DNA of 44,254 bases from the NCBI GenBank assembly GCA_964255285.1, contig CAXUUL010000054.1, positions 1 through 44,254 on the forward strand. The letters are read 5' to 3'. The position numbers and the translations under genes are program-made. Under the pieces are notes generated by a model. That model was not told the DNA's origin, did not search any database, and saw only the letters and a program-made list of their open reading frames with translations. Within the stretch, counting starts at the first letter, position 1. The number at the start of each line of letters is the position of its first letter. This DNA comes from Ionaspis alba (taxonomy: Eukaryota). Shown piece after piece: positions 36,686 through 44,254 of the stretch.

Positions 36686-38577
36686 ATGAGCTCTACAACG
36701 CTCGTGACTTTCCTTGTGTATGTGCTCATTCATCATGTTTTCCATCTTGCCAATCCGCTGAGAACAACTAGACAAGTACCTCAGACGGTGACTACTGTTG
36801 AATTGCTTGGATCATGGGACAACTTCAGGAAGCCCTACCGAATGGAGAGGGATTCTCGAACAGGGCCTGGACACTGGCGTGGATGCCACTCCTTCACTGA
36901 TATTATCTGCGACGGTGACTTGGCTCAACTACCTAACGGTCGGAATGGTGGTCTCAAAATGGGAGGAATGTACTGGTACTATGTACGGACTGCGCACGTT
37001 GGGCAATCAGCACAATCAGCTGACGAGTATTGATACAGTATCGGCTTGACGATGATGTTGAATATCACAATCCAGTGGAGGCATCGACTACTTCCTGTCC
37101 ACTCCTACCGGGGCAATTGGTCAACGTTCTTGATGTGCCCGTACAATTGAAGGACGAAATGGCGCTTGGTTGGCAGAGACCAGAAAGCTCATCTAGTTCG
37201 CTATGCTTTACGCTCAACCCGGAGGACAAGTATCTCACTCCGCATCCTCCTGAAGTCGGCGACTACTCTCGACCACCGACACCAGCACCTTGTTTGGACG
37301 ATATGTATGGAGAACATGAAGAAAGCTCTCCAGAACCAGCAAGAGTGGTGCTTTCAGCTGGAGACGAAACAGTTGTCACCTTGACCAAACAGCTCGTCGA
37401 CCTTTCCATTGAAGTATCGAAGGTAGATATAAAGGAGCGTTTCACTAAGTCTGCACCAGGTCTAAGGCCACCTTCTTTGCTTCTGGGATGGCCTCGGCTT
37501 TGTCGTGCTCGCTCAGCCGGAGCTAGTCAGAGACTCCGATTCAATAGCAGCAGGGAACAGAACCAGAATAGGACGAACTTGTTGTCAGCCGACAGCTTGT
37601 TCCTACCACTCAGCACGGAAGAGAATGGGCCGGAGAATGTCACAATCTCGACCACCACAACGATCACAGTATCCGAAGGCCCTTACACAGGAAGGCTTTC
37701 AAGCAATGTCCAAGTATCACCAGGTCTAGAATCTTCGACAGCGCAAGTATCCAGCTTTATCGCCGCAGAACCATGCGAGCTGCCGACAATAGAGGACCAC
37801 ATTCCTGAGAATCAGGAGCACTCGTGCCCGTTCCCGCCAGAACAAGAGAAAAACATAGCGAACGCCTGCACATCTCCGCAAAGTCTAATTTCCGAGCTTT
37901 CAAGCACGATACCAGTTGCTGATCCCAGGTCTATTGCTGTCCATGAAATTACCACTGAATTGCATGCTCGGGATCAACCACACTCCCCGGAAAGTTGGAC
38001 GACAGCCACCGACTTCCCCACCAATCCCGTGCTCCACGACCCTCTATCGCATCGCAGCAGCTCTCTCTTCTCTCCCGCTCTGAGCATTTCAACGTGCTAC
38101 ACAGGATCCATGTCGCCATTCCGTCTCTCCCAACCCGAGACGCCGGTCCTGCCTGATTTTGCTAATTTTCTCCTCGAGCCCACTAAGATTCTGGACGCTT
38201 CTTCGCATTTCCATAACGCTACTGAGGATTACCACACCGCTGACGTTGCAGCTACCACTCGTGCTTCGGCGCACGACTTTTACTCCAGCCCTCAGAGTCT
38301 TCATGACTCCGCGGACCGCTTTCACGGGAATGATCGCTTGTTCAGGGACAGCGGATTCAGTGGCTATAGCGTCTCCGAAGCGGAACACGCATCCACACTG
38401 ACTCTCCGCCACAAGCCCTCCGGATCTGCCAAAACTCCCACCGGGGACGGATCCTTAGGACGGAAGACCGGAAAAGATTTTGTCGATAGCTGGAACGACG
38501 GCGCGGAGAACCATCCGAAGACTGCTTTGCAGGAATTATTCGAGGAGTTGGGATATCTGGGGAGGGTGATCGACTAG
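36686..38577 (+). CDS. Fungal protein with N-terminal AMPK-beta/CBM48-like (Ig-fold carbohydrate-binding) domain and long Ser/Thr/Pro-rich tail
   Basis: VELLGSWDNFRKPYRMERD..GHWRG..GGLKMGGMYWYY|YRLD..NVLDVP; introns 36718-36771 and 36983-37038; ends LQELFEELGYLGRVID*. Confidence 0.75.
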
Positions 38578-39412
38578 AAGGAAGCGTGTCGGTGTTCATT
38601 TGTGTAAACAGTGATTTTTGCTGTCGTTTTTGCTATTTTTGGAAGCGAGCGATCTGAAAACGGGCGTTTTGGGCCGCATATACCCCCCCTAGCGACGCAC
38701 TCGATTTTCTGGGATTCTTGCAGCGGGAGCTAGACGCTCTGAGTGCTATGTATGGAGTATATGTTTACCTTGTCGAGCTATGTATGGCGGACAAGACTTG
38801 TATACTTGAAGGAGGAAGGAGAGGATGGTGATAATGGATGGTCATAGTGCATTGTGGTATTTCTAACAGCTCACGACATACACGTTCTGTCAATTTCATA
38901 TATCGAGGTCTATTCATTGTGCACATGATGGCGTTTCTCCTTGTAACGCAGTGTGGCGTGCGACTGAAATCGACTGACTATTCACGCCACCAATTTCTAC
39001 TCGTGTCCGCTCGTCACGGTCCTCCCAATGGTTCCCTTCTCCTCGGCAGCCCGTATGGGAAGCCGCCAGTGAAACCAGGCGTGCAGTTTTGTTCGGCTCG
39101 GCTGATGGTTCTGATGGGCAACAAGTTCGACAATGGATCATGATGCGGAGGGGGTTCCAATGGAATGATATGGTACTGCAGATCCATAGAGAGGTCGTCA
39201 GCTTCAGAGGAGTGAGCCCGGGTCGTACGTAGAATGGCTTAGGGCTGTGGATTGAAGGTTAAGCACATGATGGGCTTCCAAAAATTGGGCGAAAAAGGGT
39301 TATTTGGGGTAGATTAGAATGGTACTGACCTTGAACGACGGTGGTGGGACCGATCCAAGGTTTGCAGACAGGAGTTACGATTAGACTGAGTGGCTGAGGT
39401 CGCACGACGTCC

Positions 39413-41380
39413 TTATCCCACAATATACTGATTTCGCCTGAGGACTATAGCTTTGCCATCCTCTTCTATCCCACGGCAGCCATGAAGGCTCCTTTTTTCA
39501 GCGATTCGCCATGTGCCTTCCGGCGCATCAGGAACCGGTTCGAGCGTCCACATCCTTGCGAGTGTGCTGCACACAGAACTAGCTAGAGCTGCTGGCACAG
39601 CGAATATATGATTAGGAGAAGCTGGGAGCTGAGATGCTATCGTAATGGCCTTATTGTTAGCTGTGACACCTAAGGTATGCCATATCGGTTCGCGGCGGAG
39701 CTCCAGGAGGGGCAGTGCCCTGTACTTTATTGAAAAGACAAGGTAGTTTAGGAGTTGGTTTTTGAGGCTTAAGAGATCCGCTATCTCGAGATCTTGGGCG
39801 GCGTGGTCCTGAAATAGATGGTTGAGCGCAGTAGACCAGAGAGGATCACATTTAGCGATCGAGGCAGTGGAAAGCGGCTCCACGTTCGAGGTTGCAATCT
39901 CCTTCCAAGCATTCGCCATCCATGGGATCCCACTTTCGATAGCACAAGCCAGGACTTTGATGTTTCGCTCGTAATAGGTATGGAACATCTCTGTGCTGCG
40001 ATCAAGAGACACGAAGAAGCCGTCAATCATGTTCAGGAGGTCTTCATGTTGCTCAAAGCACTGTTGCATGAAATTTCTCGCTTTGCTAAGGGACTGAGGA
40101 TTTGGAAGGTGTTGGTCGCTATGATACGTGTAGAGATCCAAACAAATCCTAGAAGGCTCTAGGATTGATACCTGTGTGTTCAGTGGAAGTCTCGGATGCA
40201 TTGCGACTAGCGTGCCGATATCAGCTCCATCAAGCCAGTGAAGCCAAGATCTCGTTTGGAATGGAGGATCCAAAGCAAGCTTGGGCCCAGTCATACAGAG
40301 CATGGAGGCGTCCCCTGCAGCAAAAGCAAGGACCAATAAGATCCACTGCGATCGGTGAAAACTCTCCGCCTGCCCCTCGAAATATAGACCAAGATGAGAT
40401 AAGTTGAGGGCAATCGAAATACGGTCGCTCAGGAGAGAAGATTCCAGAGTCATAAATTGTGGGAAGAGCCGCATGAGAGGTTCAACAAACGTCGGACGTT
40501 CTGAAGGACGGTTGGAGGATTGCGACGAATCCTTGACAATCACTGTCATGATTTGAATCATTGAATACAGCTTTTTCCATGTTTCCTCATCGCCACGATA
40601 GCCGCGAATAGCTAGCATGAAAAAGTATGCGAGCTGTTCTGTTTCCATAGCGACGACATGCTTGCTCGTGGGAATGAGAATGATAGAGTCCTTGCTGAAA
40701 ATGTATTCCTGGATGCACCAAGCTCTTGTAAACCATCTTGCAGAAAAGATCTTCAGGAGAAGATTGACGATCAGGACAATCTCTTCGTCCTTAGGGTGCG
40801 ACCATTCTGGCCGGCTATCAGGGACCTTATGCTCGGTGATGAGGACATCCTCGTACCCCTCCAATAGAATATCTTCAAGGACGATGACGACGAGGCGGGC
40901 ACTTCTGTAGATGATATCCATGGATGCTACGGCAAGGACTTTTTCATCGACATCCTCCTGGTTGATGCACTCGGCATCGATCCAGACACCCTCGGCGTCT
41001 GATCTTCGCAGATCGAATAGACTTTGCAGCATAATGAACGAAATAGGCCAAACATAGCCATCGTGCCTGTGCTGGTGGAATCCTGGAGCTGGACTCCAGT
41101 CATCACTGTGCCAACAATAGCTCAGGGCGATGAAGGATGTAAACAACTTCGCTGTAGGCACTGGAGACTCCCTGTCCATAATCAAGATCCTCAGGGGAGT
41201 TTCGAACCCGATGTTTTCTTTCAATTGAAATTGACTAGCAACAACAGGATCTATTTGCCTCAATCGAGCTAAGACCGTGGAAGGCTCGGTATCTGGAGGA
41301 CGGGAGGCATTGATAGCATCCTGTAGAAGTAGAAGCTTGTTTTCTTCTGTGACCGTGCAACGGTAAATCGAAGAGGGCAT
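39413..41380 (-). CDS. HET-domain (heterokaryon incompatibility, PF06985-type) protein, 655 aa, intronless
   Basis: FIALSYCW, VWIDAECINQED..EK..AVASMDIIYRSARLVVIVL and RWFTRAWCIQE are the characteristic HET blocks. Confidence 0.9.
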   Translation of the reverse strand: MPSSIYRCTVTEENKLLLLQDAINASRPPDTEPSTVLARLRQIDPVVASQFQLKENIGFETPLRILIMDRESPVPTAKLFTSFIALSYCWHSDDWSPAPGFHQHRHDGYVWPISFIMLQSLFDLRRSDAEGVWIDAECINQEDVDEKVLAVASMDIIYRSARLVVIVLEDILLEGYEDVLITEHKVPDSRPEWSHPKDEEIVLIVNLLLKIFSARWFTRAWCIQEYIFSKDSIILIPTSKHVVAMETEQLAYFFMLAIRGYRGDEETWKKLYSMIQIMTVIVKDSSQSSNRPSERPTFVEPLMRLFPQFMTLESSLLSDRISIALNLSHLGLYFEGQAESFHRSQWILLVLAFAAGDASMLCMTGPKLALDPPFQTRSWLHWLDGADIGTLVAMHPRLPLNTQVSILEPSRICLDLYTYHSDQHLPNPQSLSKARNFMQQCFEQHEDLLNMIDGFFVSLDRSTEMFHTYYERNIKVLACAIESGIPWMANAWKEIATSNVEPLSTASIAKCDPLWSTALNHLFQDHAAQDLEIADLLSLKNQLLNYLVFSIKYRALPLLELRREPIWHTLGVTANNKAITIASQLPASPNHIFAVPAALASSVCSTLARMWTLEPVPDAPEGTWRIAEKRSLHGCRGIEEDGKAIVLRRNQYIVG

Positions 41381-43003
41381 ATCGCAAGCTCACTTAAGTT
41401 CAAGAAATACCGTGGCCTTGCGATGATCAGATTGCGAAAACTCGACTTGAGGTTTTGACTTGGTGTTATCACTTCATGTTAGGAGGGAGGCAGCTGTTCC
41501 GATGAGGCCAGCTGAGGCAGAATCCTAGAGGGATCGTACATGCTTCTCCCAATCACATGACTGTTCATCCGATAGGACGAGGCAGATTTCCAGACCTTCA
41601 GGCCAGAAGCTCTCGTAAGAGTATGAGGCATAAGTCATCTCCAAGTCCCTGGTCTTGTTATCAACCATGAACCGCTGGTTACAGAACATAGGTCATAACA
41701 TTGAGCATTTCAAAACGATCGTTATTACCATTGTTCAGACACTTAATAATGATACTTTAAGATTACTCGCAACATGTTGTTGATGATCAAAATGGAATAA
41801 TGAGGTAGACCACGAGAGGAGATTGCCAAGCCGGAACGAAGGACTAAGAATTCTTAGCGGTGTCCAATAATGGCTGAGACTACATTCACTTACCACGCTA
41901 GCCTGGAGTGTAGAGTAGGAATTCTGCAACAGCTACTCTGATACGCCAGATGGCAGGTTTGGCAGGTTGGAAGGTTGTTCAACTATGCTCCAACGACGAT
42001 GAACAAGGCGAAGATCGAGACGAAACACAAACGGGGGCTTCTCAGACGCAACCCGGAGGCGAACCGCCCATTAAGGTGAAACTTGCAATTCTGCGCAATG
42101 CAAATTGCTGTCGTGGCATTGGAGATTCAACGGTAGGGACGAGTATGCAAGCTTCTGTGGAGCGGCTGGCTTAAATTCAGTTGGGAGAGATGTTCGGGTC
42201 AACACAAGATACCACGACTCTTGCAAGGGCAGATAGACGACACGACGAGTACACACGCGCGGACTATCAATAATAATGTCTCCTCCACTATCATTATCCC
42301 ATAATACAGATCCGTCGCGGAATGGAGTTTCGGTCTATGATTCGGCATTCAAGGCCGAAGATGCGACACGCAAGCTCCGAAAGCGCATTAACCAGTTCCA
42401 GCTGGCGCCATCCTGCTCACTGCTGCCCTCTGCTGCACTCCCTGGCGCTCGGTGTCCCCTTCAGCGAATGACGGGCCGCTGCTGGGTGGCAAAGGCGCTG
42501 TTGATTGGATGAGACAGTGACTAAGCAGGGTCATGGAGGGTTGCTGCGCAATACAACGTCACACTAGGCGAAGAGGACGGTGCGGGCTGTGCTGCAGTCT
42601 GGGACCTGCTGGGCTGCTCTGCCAAGGTCCTTTCCGCTCTCCCTTCTGTCAAGTCTCAATCTTCTTCTGTTCTTCATCCGACAACGACTGCACTGACGAC
42701 TCCCTTCATCTGATCATTTCAAGATTCCTGTCCCTCCAAGGCATTCAAGTCTTTTGTCATTCTCGACATTGACAATCATTGCCACCGGCTCAGTACAGAA
42801 CAAATCATTCTACCACCCAAGCGACCGAGAAGCCTATTCATAGCTCAACGGTCCAATTTTAACCCTACCGTCCGACCGAATCCCCAGGCAGCAACGAGAA
42901 CGTTGTCGACCATCTCGACCACGAACTCCATCAACATCCTGAGGTTCCTTGATTACAGACTTCTCCATCTTACACGCAGCATTGCGTGGACTCTTTCTCA
43001 ACC

Positions 43004-44254
43004 ATGACTTTCAAGCAAGAGTCACACGACTCGCTTGACATAGACCGTTACATTGATTTCGATCAAGTCGTCTATCCGTCTCCATCCGCTTCATCCTCAT
43101 CCTCTCGAGGTAAAGCTATTGCGACGCCTGAATTCGCAATTGTCAATCCGAACACCGCTGTCGTCCAGTCGAAACCAAGCTCTCAACCGACCTTCTCTGG
43201 TCCGAGTCATCAATATGACAACTACAAGCAACAGACTGGTATCCCACTGGGAGCTTTGGCCAACACATTGGCTGTTCCTCAACCAAGCAGCTATGCTTTT
43301 GGTGGTGGTTTCCAGCAAGGCTTTAGCATGCCACCAAGCGATGGCTACTTTGGAGGGATGAGTACCACCGACATGTTCGACTTCAACGCCATGCCTGCAC
43401 ATACTCCATCGTTCAGCAATACGATCGATGTCGACATGGACTTTGACTCCCCCATCACGGATCTGTTCACATCGAACATGAGTACGCAATCATCGACCGA
43501 CTACATCGATCCTCATGCCATTGGCGGACAAGAAGATCTGTCACCCACCAGTCCACCAGCACAGAACAACGTCCGTCCCTGGCCAGGGATGCATCAACAG
43601 CAAGCCGCTGCGGCTAAAGCACAGGCTGCCCAACAACAACAGAAGCAGCAACAGCAACCCAAGGTCGAGGCTCGTCATCAGATTGTCGCACCTCCTCAAC
43701 GGCAATCAGCTCACCGTCCCTCGGGCAGCTCGACCCGTCCACCCAGTGATCCCATCGTCGAGGAACGCATCTCTCGTCTCCTCAACCAGATGAGGCACAA
43801 CAGCGATGCCTCCTCCCACGACGACGCCTCGACGCCTACAAACAGCTCTCAACAGCACTACTCGCGTCAACGCAAAGACGAAGAAGACATGGACGAAGAC
43901 GAGCGTCTCCTCGCCAGCGAAGAAGGCAAGAAACTCAGCAGCAAGGAGCGTCGCCAACTCCGCAATAAAGTCTCCGCTCGTGCCTTCCGTTCACGAAGAA
44001 AAGGTATACCCCATCTCTCTCCCCCCATTCCAACCACTCCTTTGGCTAACGAAATCCTTTAAAGAATATATCGGCCAACTCGAAGGCGAAATCGCCGGCA
44101 AAGCCAAAGAAGCCGACGACCTCCGCGTCGAAAACGAAGCCCTCAAAGCCGAAAACACACGCCTCACAGACCTAACCCGAATGCTCCTCTCCTCCCCCGC
44201 CTTCTCCACCTTCCTCAACGACCTGAGCAGCAACGGCGTTCCCTCCCTCCCCAC
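43004..44254 (+). CDS. bZIP transcription factor (Aspergillus LziP-like), 3' end runs off window
   Basis: EEGKKLSSKERRQLRNKVSARAFRSRRK|EYIGQLE..LRVENEALKAENTRLTDLTRML; intron 44004-44064 with GCTAAC branch; Q-rich segment upstream. Confidence 0.88.

Noticed and set aside
1..44254. Transposons, CRISPR arrays, rRNA/tRNA, TPP riboswitch, amyloid signalling motifs
   Set aside because: None recognised by eye; short ncRNAs or divergent amyloid motifs could have been missed without covariance or HMM searches.

Overview
Intron-containing fungal (Pezizomycotina-type) genomic DNA with about 18 protein-coding genes and four 100-N scaffold gaps. Two of the gaps are flanked by exact 55-bp overlaps, an assembly artefact. 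Conserved genes, in order: MAPR/cytochrome-b5-like (partial), Gtr2 Rag GTPase, a MoaA/MoaC (MOCS1/cnxABC-type) locus, ankyrin-BTB protein, head-to-head FTR1/FET3 iron-uptake pair, PBS2 MAPKK, SUR2, TCTP, a CBM-like protein and a bZIP factor (partial). Accessory or defence-type genes are interspersed: two HeLo-like N-terminal proteins, a Pth11-like receptor, a hemerythrin, an Argonaute and a HET-domain protein. Top observations: (1) FET3 appears to need a 54-nt AT-AC intron with U2-type signals to encode its copper-binding HCH motif; (2) a HeLo-like domain is fused to a J-less Sis1-type Hsp40 C-terminal domain; (3) two 5' splice donors 4 nt apart at the end of MoaA give either MoaA ending Gly-Gly-stop or a MoaA-MoaC fusion; (4) five ATCWGATAA sites, two sharing a perfect 16-bp inverted repeat, lie in the FTR1/FET3 promoter. 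All gene models were read by eye from splice signals and recalled family motifs; no searches were run.
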